A stretch of DNA of 64,000 nucleotides, from NCBI GenBank assembly GCA_947451385.1, contig CANFYZ010000004.1:9525-73524 (forward strand). The letters are read 5' to 3'. The notes under the pieces are model-generated. The model was given only the letters and a program-made list of their open reading frames with translations, had not been told where the DNA came from and did no database searches. Made by a program: the position numbers and the translations under genes. This document shows, in pieces, positions 1 to 10,722 of this stretch. The stretch's first letter is position 1; each line of letters opens with the position of its first letter. This stretch comes from Comamonadaceae bacterium. GTDB taxonomy: Bacteria > Pseudomonadota > Gammaproteobacteria > Burkholderiales > Burkholderiaceae_C.

Positions 1-168
1 GCACCACATCGGGGGTCAATTCGGCGTAGGGGTGGCGGGAGGCATGGGGCATGGCAAACATGCCCCGATTGTCGGCGAGTTCACGCGGCCCAGCGGCCTG
101 GCTTCACAAGGCAGATTGAAAAGGTGGTCTGTCAGACTTTCAACAGAGCCATGCCTGCTCATTGGACT

Positions 169-978
169 TCACCGTCCGGTAAACCGCGCCGCCCTTTTCT
201 CGACGAAAGACCGCACGCCCTCGGCGGCATCTTGGCTGTTGGCCAAGCCCGTTTGCACGCTGATGAATTCATTCATGGCCACCACAGGGCCATACTCCAC
301 GGCTTTGAGCACGTTCAAGCGAGTGGCTTCAACCGCCAGCGGCGCTTGCGCGGCAATGGCCTGGGCAATGCGCAACGCCTCGGCCAGTTGCGCACCCGCA
401 GGCACCACGCGCTGCACAAAGTTCAGGCGCAGGGCTTCGGCACTGCCAAATTCATCGCCGGTCAACAGGTGCAGCAAGGCGTTGCCCGAACCGGCCCGCT
501 CGGCCATGCGCAAAGTGGCGCCGCCGGTGGCCATGATGCCGCGTTTGACTTCGAGTTGCGAGAAGCGACCATCGTCCGCCGCCACCACGATGTCGGCCGC
601 CAACATGAGTTCAATGCCCAAGGTGTAGGTGATACCTTGCACCGCCGCCACCATCGGTTTGCCACGGCGGCGATAGCCTTCCATGCCCAAGTTCAGCGGA
701 TCCACCAGGCCCAGGGGCACCGATTTTTCACCGCGCTGCATCAACGGGGCGATGGTGGGCAGGTCCAGACCCGCCGTGAAGTGCGCGCCTTCGGCACACA
801 GGACGCCGACGCGCAAATCGGCCTCGTCTTCAAGCCGGGTATAGGCCTCTCCCAGCTCACGGAACATCTTGGGCGTGAAGCCGTTGCGCTTGGCTGGGCG
901 GTTGATCGAGATCTGCAGCACCGCGCCATGCACGGTGCAGTCGATCTGGCCTTCGGGGTGGTGGGTTGGGGTGTTCAT
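169..978 (-). CDS. enoyl-CoA hydratase/isomerase (crotonase) family protein
   Basis: 269-aa ORF with ATG at 976-978. Crotonase-like sequence throughout (ISINRPAKRNGF..., MVAAVQGITYTLGIELMLAADIVVAA). Lies next to a 3-hydroxyacyl-CoA dehydrogenase gene. Confidence 0.85.
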   Translation of the reverse strand: MNTPTHHPEGQIDCTVHGAVLQISINRPAKRNGFTPKMFRELGEAYTRLEDEADLRVGVLCAEGAHFTAGLDLPTIAPLMQRGEKSVPLGLVDPLNLGMEGYRRRGKPMVAAVQGITYTLGIELMLAADIVVAADDGRFSQLEVKRGIMATGGATLRMAERAGSGNALLHLLTGDEFGSAEALRLNFVQRVVPAGAQLAEALRIAQAIAAQAPLAVEATRLNVLKAVEYGPVVAMNEFISVQTGLANSQDAAEGVRSFVEKRAARFTGR

Positions 979-1032
979 GCCTGCATGTTAGGCCGAACCC
1001 TGGGGCCGGGCCATTCACGCAGGCGACAGCGC

Positions 1033-1881
1033 TCAGTAGCTGTACACGCCTTGCTTGGTTTTTCGGCCCAAACGACCGGCGGCGACCATCTCTTTGAGCA
1101 AGGGACAGGGGCGGTATTTGCTGTCGCCAAATTCTTTCAGGTACACCTCCATCACCGCCAGGCACACGTCCAGACCGATCATGTCGGCCAGGGCCAACGG
1201 GCCAATGGGTTGGTTGCAACCGAGTTTCATGCCGGCATCAATCGCCTCGGCTTCGGCCAGGCCTTCGGCCAGCACAAAGAAGGCTTCGTTGATCATCGGC
1301 ACCAGAATGCGGTTGACCACAAAGCCGGGCGCGTTCTTCACGGTGATCGGTGTTTTGCCCAGGGCCAGCGCCATGTCGTGCACCGCGTCGTGCGTGGCGT
1401 CGCTGGTTTGCAGGCCGCGAATGATCTCCACCAAAGCCATCATCGGCACGGGGTTGAAGAAGTGCATGCCAATGAAACGGTCCGCACGCTGCGTGGCGGC
1501 GGCCAGCTGGGTGATCGAGATCGACGAGGTGTTGGACGCGATGATCACATTCGGGGGCAGCATGCCGTCCAACTGCTTCAGGATTTTGACCTTCAGCTCG
1601 TGGTTTTCGGTGGCCGCTTCGATCACCAACTGGGTGGACTTTAAGTCGTCATAGCTGGTGCTGCCTTGGATGCGGGCCAGGGCGGCGGCCTTGTCGGCCT
1701 CAGAGATTTTTTCTTTCTTGACCAAGCGCTCCAAGCTGCCCTCGACCGTGGCAATCCCTTTGGCCACAGCGGCTTCAGAAATATCGACCATGACGACGGG
1801 GATCCCCGAAACCGCACAGGCTTGGGCAATGCCATTGCCCATGGTGCCGGCGCCAATGATGCCTACAGAGTGAATGCTCAT
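1033..1881 (-). CDS. 3-hydroxybutyryl/3-hydroxyacyl-CoA dehydrogenase (NAD-binding)
   Basis: Track ORF 1033-2223 trimmed to the ATG at 1879-1881. This yields an N-terminal Rossmann motif, MSIHSVGIIGAGTMGNGIAQ. The remainder resembles Hbd/PaaH-type dehydrogenases. Confidence 0.85.
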   Translation of the reverse strand: MSIHSVGIIGAGTMGNGIAQACAVSGIPVVMVDISEAAVAKGIATVEGSLERLVKKEKISEADKAAALARIQGSTSYDDLKSTQLVIEAATENHELKVKILKQLDGMLPPNVIIASNTSSISITQLAAATQRADRFIGMHFFNPVPMMALVEIIRGLQTSDATHDAVHDMALALGKTPITVKNAPGFVVNRILVPMINEAFFVLAEGLAEAEAIDAGMKLGCNQPIGPLALADMIGLDVCLAVMEVYLKEFGDSKYRPCPLLKEMVAAGRLGRKTKQGVYSY

Positions 1882-2017
1882 CGCTGAAATTTCCTTCGAA
1901 ACAGTAAAAAAATCTGTGCTTATCTTAGCGGGGTCAGCGCCCCAAATTCCTGACGCAGCGCAGCGCGGGGCCCGCTCATGCGATGATCCCAGCCTCTGCG
2001 AGCGGTTCCGAGCTGAA

Positions 2018-3259
2018 ATGAACATCCTGTTTGTCCACCAAAACTTTCCCGGCCAGTTCAAACACTTGGCCCCCGCCTTGGCCCAAGCAGGGCACCAGGT
2101 GGTGGCACTGCACATCAATGCCTGCCCGCCCCTGCCAGGCGTTCGGTTGGTGCGGTACCAGCCGCAAGCTCGCTCAGGCCAAGGTACACACCGCTGGCTG
2201 GTGGACCTGGAAACCAAAACCATTCGCGGCGAAGCCGCCTACCTTGCCGCGCGGCAATTGCAGCAAGGCGGCTTCAACCCGGACGTGATCGTGGCGCACC
2301 CCGGCTGGGGGGAGAGCTTGTTTTTGCAACAAGTCTGGCCCAAGGCCCGCTTGGGTATTTACTGCGAATTTTTTTACCGCGCCGAAGGCGGCGATGTAGG
2401 CTTTGACCCCGAGTTCCCCAGTACCGACCCGGACGCCGCCTGCCGCCTGCAACTGAAAAACGCCAACTACGAATTGCACTTTGCCCTGGCCCATGCGGGC
2501 CTGGCTCCCACGCAATGGCAAGCCTCGCTGTTTCCTGAGAGCTTTGCCTCGCGCCTCTCTGTCATCCACGACGGCATTCGCACCGACCAAGTCCGGCCCG
2601 ATGCGCAGGCCCGGGTGCAGTTGAAAACCGCGAACGGCCCGTTGAGTCTGGGGCGAGACGACGAAGTCATCACCTTCGTCAACCGCAACCTGGAGCCGTA
2701 CCGCGGTTACCACCAGTTCATGCGCGCCCTGCCCGCTTTGCTCAAAGCCCGGCCAAAAGCCCGCGTGCTCATCATCGGCGGCAACGACGTCAGCTATGGC
2801 GCCGCACCGCCCCCTGGCCCCACGGGCAAAGCGCAAACCTGGCGCGAGATTTTCTTGAACGAGGTCAAGGACCAACTGGATTTAAGCCGCGTGCACTTTG
2901 TCGGCAAAGTCCCCTACGTCGACTTTCTGCGCGTGCTGCAGGTGTCCACCGTGCACGTGTATTTGACCTATCCCTTTGTGCTCAGCTGGAGCCTGCTCGA
3001 AGCCATGAGCGTGGGCTGCGCCATCGTGGCCAGCGACACCGCGCCGGTGCGCGAAGCGATTCGCCACGGCGAGACGGGACAGTTGGTGGACTTTTTTGAC
3101 CCGGCTGCGCTGGCCGAACAAGTCATCGCCCTGTGCAACAACCCGGCCGAACGGGAGCGGCTTGGAGCGCAGGCGCGGGCGTTTGCTGTGAAAAACTATG
3201 ATCTGAAGACGCGCTGCTTGCCCAGGCAGATCGAATGGGTGACGCAGCTCGCTGAGTAA
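2018..3259 (+). CDS. glycosyltransferase, GT-B fold (family 4-like)
   Basis: Track ORF trimmed to the ATG at 2018 (MNILFVHQNFPGQFKHL). C-terminal region has a GT4-type motif (VREAIRHGETGQLVDFFDP). Confidence 0.7.
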   Translation: MNILFVHQNFPGQFKHLAPALAQAGHQVVALHINACPPLPGVRLVRYQPQARSGQGTHRWLVDLETKTIRGEAAYLAARQLQQGGFNPDVIVAHPGWGESLFLQQVWPKARLGIYCEFFYRAEGGDVGFDPEFPSTDPDAACRLQLKNANYELHFALAHAGLAPTQWQASLFPESFASRLSVIHDGIRTDQVRPDAQARVQLKTANGPLSLGRDDEVITFVNRNLEPYRGYHQFMRALPALLKARPKARVLIIGGNDVSYGAAPPPGPTGKAQTWREIFLNEVKDQLDLSRVHFVGKVPYVDFLRVLQVSTVHVYLTYPFVLSWSLLEAMSVGCAIVASDTAPVREAIRHGETGQLVDFFDPAALAEQVIALCNNPAERERLGAQARAFAVKNYDLKTRCLPRQIEWVTQLAE

Positions 3260-3298
3260 ATCAAATGAACGCCGACCTGCGATCCTGTAGTTACCTGC

Positions 3299-4123
3299 TC
3301 AACTCCTGAACCGCTTCCTCGTCAGCGCCAAGGCGACCCAAAACGACACGCCCGCAAACACCCCCATCACCAGCACATGGCGCAGCGGCTGCTCGGGCCA
3401 GCGGTCCATGAAGAGGGGGCGCACCAGGTCCACGGCCACCGACAGCGGCAGCCAGTCGGCGATCATTCGCACGAAGGGCGGCAGTTGGTCACGAGGAAAA
3501 AAGATGCCCGACAAGAACATCATGGGCGTGAGGAACAGCGTGAAGTAGTAGGTGAAAAAGTCATACCCTTTGGCCAGGGCGTTGAAGATCAGCGCCATGC
3601 AGCTGAAGGTGATGCCTATGCCCAACAGCACCGGCCAAGCGGCCAACAACTTCCAGCTGTGGCTGATGCCCAGGGCCAACATGACGCCCAAGATCGCGGT
3701 CACGGTGAACAGGGCTTTGAACGCGGCCCACAGCATTTCGGCCAGCACAATGTCGTCTAGCCGCACCGGCGCGTTCATGATGCCGTCCCAGGTTTTTTGC
3801 ACATGCATGCGCGAAAACGCCGAATACAGCGCTTCAAAAGTGGCTGCATTCATGGCACTCATGCAAATACTGCCGCTGGCCAAAAACAAGATGTAGGGCA
3901 CTTTTTCGCCGCCCAATTCAATCTGGCCAATCAGCGAGCCCAGGCCGTAGCCAAAGGCCACCAGCCACATCAACGGCTCGGCAATATTGCCCACCAAGCT
4001 GGGGATGGCCAGCTTGCGCCACACCAACAGGTTGCGCAGAAACACGGGCCACCAGCGCATGGACAGCTGCGGCGCGCGCCACACGGAGGGGGCGTGACGC
4101 ACAGAAGGGTTCAAAGTGTTCAT
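3299..4123 (-). CDS. ABC-2 type transporter permease (NodJ-like)
   Basis: 274-aa polytopic membrane ORF. Its start overlaps the stop of the upstream ATPase gene by 4 nt (4120-4123), the typical NodI/NodJ-like pairing. Confidence 0.8.
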   Translation of the reverse strand: MNTLNPSVRHAPSVWRAPQLSMRWWPVFLRNLLVWRKLAIPSLVGNIAEPLMWLVAFGYGLGSLIGQIELGGEKVPYILFLASGSICMSAMNAATFEALYSAFSRMHVQKTWDGIMNAPVRLDDIVLAEMLWAAFKALFTVTAILGVMLALGISHSWKLLAAWPVLLGIGITFSCMALIFNALAKGYDFFTYYFTLFLTPMMFLSGIFFPRDQLPPFVRMIADWLPLSVAVDLVRPLFMDRWPEQPLRHVLVMGVFAGVSFWVALALTRKRFRS

Positions 4124-5049
4124 GCGTCCTCCCTGATTTGGCGACCGGTGAGTTTGAGGAACAAGTCTTCCAAGTTCGCGGGGCGGTGCAAGGTGCGCAA
4201 CTGCGGCCAGGCCTGCAGCGCAAACAGCAAGGGCTGGGTTTGCGCGGTGTAGAAAAACACGGTTTCGCCGCTGACTTCAATGCGCGTGGCCAAGGGCTGG
4301 AGTGCGGCATCTTGCGCCAGCGCCAAAGCGCCTGCGCCGTACACCTCCACCACGTCAGGCTCCAGGTGCTCGGCAATCAGGTCGCGGGGTTGGCCTTCGG
4401 CAATTTTGCGGCCATGGTCCAAGATCAGCAGCCGGTCGCACAAGCGCTCGGCCTCGTCCATGAAATGGGTGGTTAGCAAGATGGATTTGCCTTGCTGCAG
4501 CAGGTTTTGCAAACGCTCCCACATCAGGTGCCGGGCTTGGGGGTCCAGGCCGGTGGTGGGCTCGTCCAGCATCAGCAGGCTGGGGTGGTTGATCAAGGCG
4601 CGCGCCAAACTCAGGCGCCGCTTCATGCCGCCCGACAACTCGCCGGGCTTGGCGTTGGCTTTGCTGGTCAGGGCACCAAACTCCAACAAAGGGGCGATGC
4701 GCTCGCGGATTTGCGCGTCTTTCAGGCCAAAGTAACGGCCATACACCAGCAGGTTTTCGGCGCACGAAAAATCCGGGTCCAAGGTGTCCATTTGGCTCAC
4801 CACGCCCAGGCGGCCTTTGATGGCCAGCGCGTCTTTCGGCATGTGCAGGCCGTCAAAATAATCGATCTGTCCGCTGTCCGGCGTGGACAGGCCCAGGCAC
4901 ATGCGCAGGGTGGTGGTTTTACCCGCGCCGTTGGGGCCAATCACCCCCAGGCATTCGCCGGGGTGGATTTGAAAAGAAAGGTCGTTGACCACGGTGGCAT
5001 CGCCGTAGCGCTTGACCAGGTGGCTGACCGATAACAAGGGTGTGCTCAT
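4120..5049 (-). CDS. ABC transporter ATP-binding protein (NodI-like)
   Basis: Trimmed to the ATG at 5047-5049 (MSTPLLSVSHLVKRYGD). Walker A GPNGAGKTT, signature LSGGMKRRL, Walker [13 protein letters not shown]. Confidence 0.85.
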   Translation of the reverse strand: MSTPLLSVSHLVKRYGDATVVNDLSFQIHPGECLGVIGPNGAGKTTTLRMCLGLSTPDSGQIDYFDGLHMPKDALAIKGRLGVVSQMDTLDPDFSCAENLLVYGRYFGLKDAQIRERIAPLLEFGALTSKANAKPGELSGGMKRRLSLARALINHPSLLMLDEPTTGLDPQARHLMWERLQNLLQQGKSILLTTHFMDEAERLCDRLLILDHGRKIAEGQPRDLIAEHLEPDVVEVYGAGALALAQDAALQPLATRIEVSGETVFFYTAQTQPLLFALQAWPQLRTLHRPANLEDLFLKLTGRQIREDA

Positions 5050-5120
5050 GGGGGTATTGTGCCGCGCCCAACCCGCACAGCGGACCGATACAATGCGCTC
5101 ACTTTTCGTTGGAGCCCAAT

Positions 5121-5960
5121 TTGTCTGACCGTTTGGCCGTGTGGCCGCAATATGTGATGCCCAAACGTGCGCTGACCGTGCTCGCGGGCCGACTGGCCAG
5201 CGCCCAATGGGGCGCAATGACGCACTGGGCGATCAACCGGTTCGTGGCGCGCTACCGCGTGGACATGTCCGAAGCCGCCGTGCCAGACACGGCCACTTAC
5301 GCCAGCTTCAATGAATTTTTCACGCGGCCGCTGCGCGAAGGGGCCCGGCCACTGGCACAGGCCGCTTTCATCAGCCCGGTGGACGGCGCCATCAGCCAAT
5401 GTGGGCCGATCGAGCGCGATCAGATTTTTCAAGCCAAGGGCCATCACTATTCCACGCGCGCCTTGGTGGGCGGCGATGCGACGCTGGCCGCGCAATTCCA
5501 GGATGGCCAATTTGCCACGCTGTACCTGAGCCCACGCGACTACCACCGCATCCACATGCCTTGCGCGGGGCGACTCACACGCATGATCTATGTGGCTGGC
5601 GATTTGTTTTCGGTCAACCCGGCTACGGCGCGCGGTGTGCCAGGTTTGTTTGCGCGCAACGAGCGCGTGGTGTGCGTGTTCGAGTCCGACTGGGGTCCCT
5701 TTGTGTTGACCCTGGTGGGCGCGACGATCGTCGGCAGCATGGCCACCGTGTGGCACGGCCTGGTGAATCCGCCCCGGCCCGGCGTGGTGCAAGAGTGGCG
5801 CTACGACAGCCAGGACATTCGCTTGCAGCAAGGCCAAGAAATGGGCCGGTTTTTACTCGGGTCCACTGTGGTGATGCTGTTCCCCCAAGGGGCGATGCAC
5901 TTCAATGCCGACTGGACACCGGCCCGCCCCATTCGCATGGGCGAGGCGATGGGGACTTAA
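5121..5960 (+). CDS. psd: phosphatidylserine decarboxylase proenzyme
   Basis: Similar to Psd along its length ([21 protein letters not shown], processing-site motif LGSTV). Start proposed at the in-frame TTG at 5121, 7 nt after GGAG (5111-5114). An upstream start at 5040 cannot be excluded. Confidence 0.85.
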   Translation: MSDRLAVWPQYVMPKRALTVLAGRLASAQWGAMTHWAINRFVARYRVDMSEAAVPDTATYASFNEFFTRPLREGARPLAQAAFISPVDGAISQCGPIERDQIFQAKGHHYSTRALVGGDATLAAQFQDGQFATLYLSPRDYHRIHMPCAGRLTRMIYVAGDLFSVNPATARGVPGLFARNERVVCVFESDWGPFVLTLVGATIVGSMATVWHGLVNPPRPGVVQEWRYDSQDIRLQQGQEMGRFLLGSTVVMLFPQGAMHFNADWTPARPIRMGEAMGT

Positions 5961-7825
5961 ATCTCGATCTTGGAACCCAGCTCGACCACCGCGTTGGTGG
6001 GCAGGTTCAAGAACTCGGCGGCTGCGCTGGCGTTGTGGTGCATTTGAGCAAACAGCTTTTCACGCCACGTGGCCATGCCACCGCCGATGGTGGGAATCAC
6101 GATGTCACGCGACAGGAAATAACTGGTGTTCATCGGGTCCAATTCGCAGCCGTGGCCTTTGAGTTGCTCCAAGGCTTTGGGCAAGTCGGGGTCATTTTTG
6201 AAGCCGTAATTCACAATCACTTGCCAGCAGTCATGGCCCAAGGGCTCAAACTCCAGTCGTTTGTCCAAGCCAATCCACGGGATTTCATGTGAGCGCACAG
6301 TGACAAACAAGTTTTGCCGGTGCAAGACTTTGTTGTGCTTGAGGTTGTGCAACAAGGCGTTGGGCACGTTGCCGTTTTCGGCGGTCAAAAAGACCGCTGT
6401 GCCTTCCACCCGAGCGGGTGGGGCCAGAAACACCGCCTCTAAAAATTCACTCAGCTTGAAGGCATCGGCTTGCAAGGCTTCGCGCATCAAGCGCCGGCCG
6501 TCGTTCCAAGTCAACATCAAGGTAAAAATCGCACCGCCAATCACCAACGGGAACCAGCCGCCATCAAACAGCTTCATCAGGTTCGAGGCCCAGAAAGCAA
6601 AGTCGACCAAGAAGAAAAAGCCGGTGGCCCCCACGCACAAGGCCAAAGGCAGCTTCCAGCCATAGCGGATCACATAGAAGGTGAGCACGGTGGTGATCAG
6701 CATGTCGGTGCACACCGCAATGCCATAGGCGCCGGCCAAGTTGCTGGACGAGCGGAACATGCCCACCGCCAGCACGATCATGGCAAACAAGCCCCAGTTG
6801 ACGAAAGGCATGTAGATTTGCCCCATGTCGGTGACGCTGGTGTGCAGCACCTGCAGGCGCGGCAGATAGCCGAGCTGAATCACCTGCTTGGTGACGCTGA
6901 AAGCGCCTGAAATCAAGGCCTGTGACGCGATCACCGTGGCCATGGTGGCCAGGCCCACCAGGGGCAGCAGCGCCCAGTCCGGCGCCATCATGAAGAAGGG
7001 GTTTTTCACCGCTTCAGGGTTGGCCAGCAGCAAGGCGCCTTGGCCAAAATAGTTCAAAGTCAAAGACGGCATGACCACGGCAAACCAGGCCAGTCGAATC
7101 GGCTTTTTGCCAAAGTGGCCCATGTCGGCGTACAGCGCTTCGCCGCCGGTGACACACAGCACCACGGCCCCCAAAATGATGAAGGTGATGCCCGGAAAGT
7201 CCCACATGAACACAATCGCGTAGTGCGGGCTCATGGCCCACAAGATGCTCGGGTTGGTGGCAATGTGGTACAGGCCCAGCGCGGCAATCACCGCAAACCA
7301 CACCACGGTGATGGGGCCGAAAAATTTGCCAATGCCCGCCGTGCCGCGCTTTTGCACCGCAAACAGCCCAAACAAAATCACCAAGGTCAGGGGAATCACA
7401 AAGCGCTTGAACGTGGGCGAGACCACCTCCAAACCTTCGACCGCGGACAACACCGAAATGGCGGGCGTGATGACCCCGTCGCCATAAAACAAACAGGTAC
7501 CAAAAATACCAACGATCAACAAGCGCCGGCGCAACTCGGGCCGGTCTTTGACCGATTGCGAGGCCAGCGCCAGCATGGCCACCAAACCGCCTTCGCCGTG
7601 GTTATCCGCTTTGAGCACCAGGGACACGTACTTGACCGAGACGATGGTGGTCAAGGTCCAGAAGAAGATGGACAAAATGCCAAACACGTTGTCGGGCGTG
7701 AAAGGCACATGACCTGAACCAAACACTTCTTTGACCGCGTACAAAACGCTGGTCCCGATGTCGCCGTAGACGACACCGATAGCGCCCAAGGTGAGCGCAG
7801 TAAGGGATGATTTAGTGGCTGACAC
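5957..7825 (-). CDS. kup: KUP/HAK/KT family potassium transporter
   Basis: Conserved Kup N-terminus [19 protein letters not shown], then a polytopic membrane domain and a cytoplasmic C-domain. The start is uncertain: GTG at 7825, or the TTG at 7864 used by the track. Confidence 0.85.
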   Translation of the reverse strand: MSATKSSLTALTLGAIGVVYGDIGTSVLYAVKEVFGSGHVPFTPDNVFGILSIFFWTLTTIVSVKYVSLVLKADNHGEGGLVAMLALASQSVKDRPELRRRLLIVGIFGTCLFYGDGVITPAISVLSAVEGLEVVSPTFKRFVIPLTLVILFGLFAVQKRGTAGIGKFFGPITVVWFAVIAALGLYHIATNPSILWAMSPHYAIVFMWDFPGITFIILGAVVLCVTGGEALYADMGHFGKKPIRLAWFAVVMPSLTLNYFGQGALLLANPEAVKNPFFMMAPDWALLPLVGLATMATVIASQALISGAFSVTKQVIQLGYLPRLQVLHTSVTDMGQIYMPFVNWGLFAMIVLAVGMFRSSSNLAGAYGIAVCTDMLITTVLTFYVIRYGWKLPLALCVGATGFFFLVDFAFWASNLMKLFDGGWFPLVIGGAIFTLMLTWNDGRRLMREALQADAFKLSEFLEAVFLAPPARVEGTAVFLTAENGNVPNALLHNLKHNKVLHRQNLFVTVRSHEIPWIGLDKRLEFEPLGHDCWQVIVNYGFKNDPDLPKALEQLKGHGCELDPMNTSYFLSRDIVIPTIGGGMATWREKLFAQMHHNASAAAEFLNLPTNAVVELGSKIEI

Positions 7826-7979
7826 AGATTTGCCAAGCAAGCAGCCTGGCTCCAAAACGCACAAGCACCGTATTCTGCGCTTCTTGCCTGCGTCAGGCTA
7901 TCTCAGTCGGGGGCGCGGGCCGCTGAAAATGCAAAATGTTGCATTGCAGCAACTTTGTCAGGCCTTTGAAATCAAGCTT

Positions 7980-9275
7980 TCAGTCATACACCTCGGCATG
8001 CGGGTCGCTGGCTTCGAGTTCGTAGCTGGCGGCCAACATGGCCAGGCGGCCAATCACGCCGTACATGTAAAAACGGTTGGGCACGCTGGCACCGGGTTTG
8101 ACGCCGGGTTGCGGCAAATGCGGGGTGTCTTCAAACGCCAGGGGCACAAAGCTGGCCCCGGGGGCGTTCAGGTTTTCATCGATGCCGCGCTCGGCATGCA
8201 CGCGGTAAAAACCACCGACCACATAGCGGTCCATCATGTAGACCACCGGCTCGGCCACCGCGTCGTTGATGCGCTCATGCGTCAAAACGCCTTCCTGGAT
8301 GATCACATCGCTCACCGTCTGGCCGTCTTTGATGACATTCATCTTGTTACGGGTCTTGCGGTTCAACGCGTCCAAGTCGGCCACGTCACGCACCGTCATG
8401 ATGCCCATGCCGTAAGTGCCGTTGTCGGCTTTGACAATCACAAAAGGCTTTTCGTTGATGCCGTATTCTTTGTATTTGCGTTTGATTTTGGTCAGCAGTG
8501 CATCCACATTGCTGCGCAGGCATTCCATGCCGGTGCCTTCGGCAAAGTTGACATCGCCGCACTGGTTGAACATCGGGTTGATCAACCACGGGTCGATGCC
8601 CAGCAATTTGCCAAAACGCTTGGTAACTTCTTCGTAGCACTGAAAGTGCTGGCTCTTGCGCCGCACATGCCAGCCGGCGTGCAGCGGGGGCAGCAAATGC
8701 TGCTCATGCAATTCTTCCAAAATGCCCGGCGCACCGGCCGACAAATCGTTGTTCAACAAAATCGTGCAGGGGTCAAAGTCCTTCATCCCCAGGCGGTGGC
8801 GGGTGCGCACCACCGGTTCCAGCGTCACCGATTCGCCGTTGGGCAAATCGATCACCGTGGTGTCCTTGATTTCAGGATTGATCGAGCCGATGCGCACGTT
8901 CAAACCCGCCATGTGGAAGATGCGCTGCAACTGCACCACATTGGTCAGGTAAAACGGGTTGCGGGTGTGGTTCTCCGGAATGATGAGCAGGTTTTTCGCT
9001 TCGGGGCAGATTTTTTCAATCGCCGCTTGCGCCGCCTGCACCGCCAGCGGCAGCATCTCGGGGGTCAGGTTGTTCCAGCCGCCAGGAAACAAATTGGTGT
9101 CGACCGGCGCCAGTTTGAAGCCCGCATTGCGAATGTCCACCGAGGTGTAAATGGGCGGGGTGTGCTCCATCCACTCCAGACGAAACCAGCGCTCAATCGC
9201 CGGCATCGAGTCCAGAATGCGCTGCTCCAGCTCATTGATGGGGCCTGTCAGCGCAGTTACGAGGTGAGGAACCAT
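7980..9275 (-). CDS. gshA: glutamate--cysteine ligase (proteobacterial GshA type)
   Basis: Trimmed to the ATG at 9273-9275 (MVPHLVTALTGPINELEQRIL...). About 431 aa, with sequence recalled as typical of the betaproteobacterial glutamate-cysteine ligase family (DIRNAGFKLAPVDTNLFPGGWNNL). Confidence 0.75.
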   Translation of the reverse strand: MVPHLVTALTGPINELEQRILDSMPAIERWFRLEWMEHTPPIYTSVDIRNAGFKLAPVDTNLFPGGWNNLTPEMLPLAVQAAQAAIEKICPEAKNLLIIPENHTRNPFYLTNVVQLQRIFHMAGLNVRIGSINPEIKDTTVIDLPNGESVTLEPVVRTRHRLGMKDFDPCTILLNNDLSAGAPGILEELHEQHLLPPLHAGWHVRRKSQHFQCYEEVTKRFGKLLGIDPWLINPMFNQCGDVNFAEGTGMECLRSNVDALLTKIKRKYKEYGINEKPFVIVKADNGTYGMGIMTVRDVADLDALNRKTRNKMNVIKDGQTVSDVIIQEGVLTHERINDAVAEPVVYMMDRYVVGGFYRVHAERGIDENLNAPGASFVPLAFEDTPHLPQPGVKPGASVPNRFYMYGVIGRLAMLAASYELEASDPHAEVYD

Positions 9276-9392
9276 GAAAACAACCTTTGTACCGGTGTGA
9301 AGGAAATTCAGAATCCCTTTATATGGGGCGGCCTCTGAACATTGCAAGCGCCGGGGCGACAGCGCGAAAGAATGGAGAAGGAGTGTGAAACC

Positions 9393-10697
9393 TCAGTGAC
9401 GTACTTCACCCTCGCCCAGCACCACGTACTTGAGCGAGGTCAAACCCTCGATACCGACCGGGCCACGGGCATGGAACTTGTCGGTCGAGATGCCGATTTC
9501 AGCGCCCAGGCCGTACTCAAAGCCATCGGCAAAACGGGTGCTGGTATTGACCATCACACTGGCCGAATCGATTTCGCGCAAAAACTGCTGGGCATGCATG
9601 TGGTCGCGGGTCAAGATGGCATCGGTGTGGTGGCTGGAGTAATGGTTGATGTGGGCAATCGCCGCGTCCACCCCGTCCACCACTTTGACGCTGATGATCG
9701 GGGCCAAATACTCTTCAAACCAGTCTTGCTCGGTTGCCGCCACCACGTTGGCACCGGGCACGGTGGACAAAATCGCCAGCGCCTCAGGGCAGCAACGCAT
9801 TTCCACGCCTTTGGCCGCATAGACCGCGCCGATGGCGGGCAAAAACTCGGCCGCCGAGGCGCGCGCCACCAGCAGGCCCTCGCTCGCATTGCAGGGGCTG
9901 TACTTTTGCGTCTTGGCGTTGTCGGCCACTTTGACGGCCATGGCCAAATCAAAGGGATGGTCAATGTAGGTGTGGCAGTTGCCGTCCAAGTGCTTGATCA
10001 CGGGCACTTTGGCATCGCGGCTGATGCGCTCGATCAAACCCTTGCCACCGCGCGGAATCACCACATCGACAAACTGCGGCATGGCGATCAAATGGCTCAC
10101 GGCGTCGCGGTCGGTGGTTTGCACCAGTTGCACCGCGTCTGCGGGCAGGCCGCTGTCGGTCAGCGCTTGCTGCACCAACAAAGCCAGCGCCTTGTTCGAT
10201 TCAAAGGCCTCCGAGCCGCCGCGCAAAATGCAGGCGTTGCCGCTCTTGATCGACAAACTTGCGGCCTCGATGGTGACGTTCGGGCGGCTCTCAAAAATCA
10301 TGCCGAACACGCCGATCGGCACCCGCATTTGACCCACACGAATACCGCTGGGCATCTGCTTCATGCCGATGATTTCGCCAATCACATCGGGCATGGCGGC
10401 CAGTTGTTCGCAGCCTTGGGCGCAGGTTTCCAGCACTTGGGGGCTGAGTTTCAGGCGGTCTAACATCGGGCCGGCCAAGCCTGCAGCCTGCGCACGCGCC
10501 AGGTCTTTGGCGTTGTCAGCTTGCAAGCGCGCGGTGTTCTCACGCAGCAAAGCGGCCAAGCGCTTCAGCGCTGCGCTTTTGACCGCCACCGAGGCCTTGG
10601 CCATCTGTGCCGAAGCGGTTTTGGCCTGTTGCCCCAGTGCGCGCATGTGCGCGGCGACGGGGTCGTTGTCCAGTAAGGCGTTGTGTGGCGAAGTCAT
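9393..10697 (-). CDS. proA: gamma-glutamyl phosphate reductase
   Basis: 434-aa ORF with ATG at 10695-10697. ProA/aldehyde-dehydrogenase-like sequence, including the catalytic-Cys region ([12 protein letters not shown]). Confidence 0.9.
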   Translation of the reverse strand: MTSPHNALLDNDPVAAHMRALGQQAKTASAQMAKASVAVKSAALKRLAALLRENTARLQADNAKDLARAQAAGLAGPMLDRLKLSPQVLETCAQGCEQLAAMPDVIGEIIGMKQMPSGIRVGQMRVPIGVFGMIFESRPNVTIEAASLSIKSGNACILRGGSEAFESNKALALLVQQALTDSGLPADAVQLVQTTDRDAVSHLIAMPQFVDVVIPRGGKGLIERISRDAKVPVIKHLDGNCHTYIDHPFDLAMAVKVADNAKTQKYSPCNASEGLLVARASAAEFLPAIGAVYAAKGVEMRCCPEALAILSTVPGANVVAATEQDWFEEYLAPIISVKVVDGVDAAIAHINHYSSHHTDAILTRDHMHAQQFLREIDSASVMVNTSTRFADGFEYGLGAEIGISTDKFHARGPVGIEGLTSLKYVVLGEGEVRH

Positions 10698-10722
10698 GGC
10701 CCGTATTTTCGCATTGTCGGCC

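Noticed and set aside
44-64. 8-bp hairpin GGGGCATG-GCAAA-CATGCCCC near the window start, as a terminator for the crotonase gene
   Set aside because: It has no U-tract on either strand, and the window edge prevents seeing the context. Not reported as a feature.
124-1644. 506-aa plus-strand ORF spanning the crotonase and hydroxyacyl-CoA dehydrogenase region
   Set aside because: It is antisense to two genes with clear family motifs. Its composition is Arg/Gly/His/Gln-rich, typical of spurious antisense frames in high-G+C DNA, and it has no recognisable motif.
7928-7945. AT-rich inverted repeat AATGCAA-AATG-TTGCATT between gshA and kup
   Set aside because: It could be a weak gshA terminator or a kup operator, but the stem is short and A/T-rich. 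There is no supporting evidence for either role.
7791-9338. 515-aa plus-strand ORF
   Set aside because: Antisense to gshA, with low-complexity composition rich in His, Arg, Val and Gln. No motif recognised.
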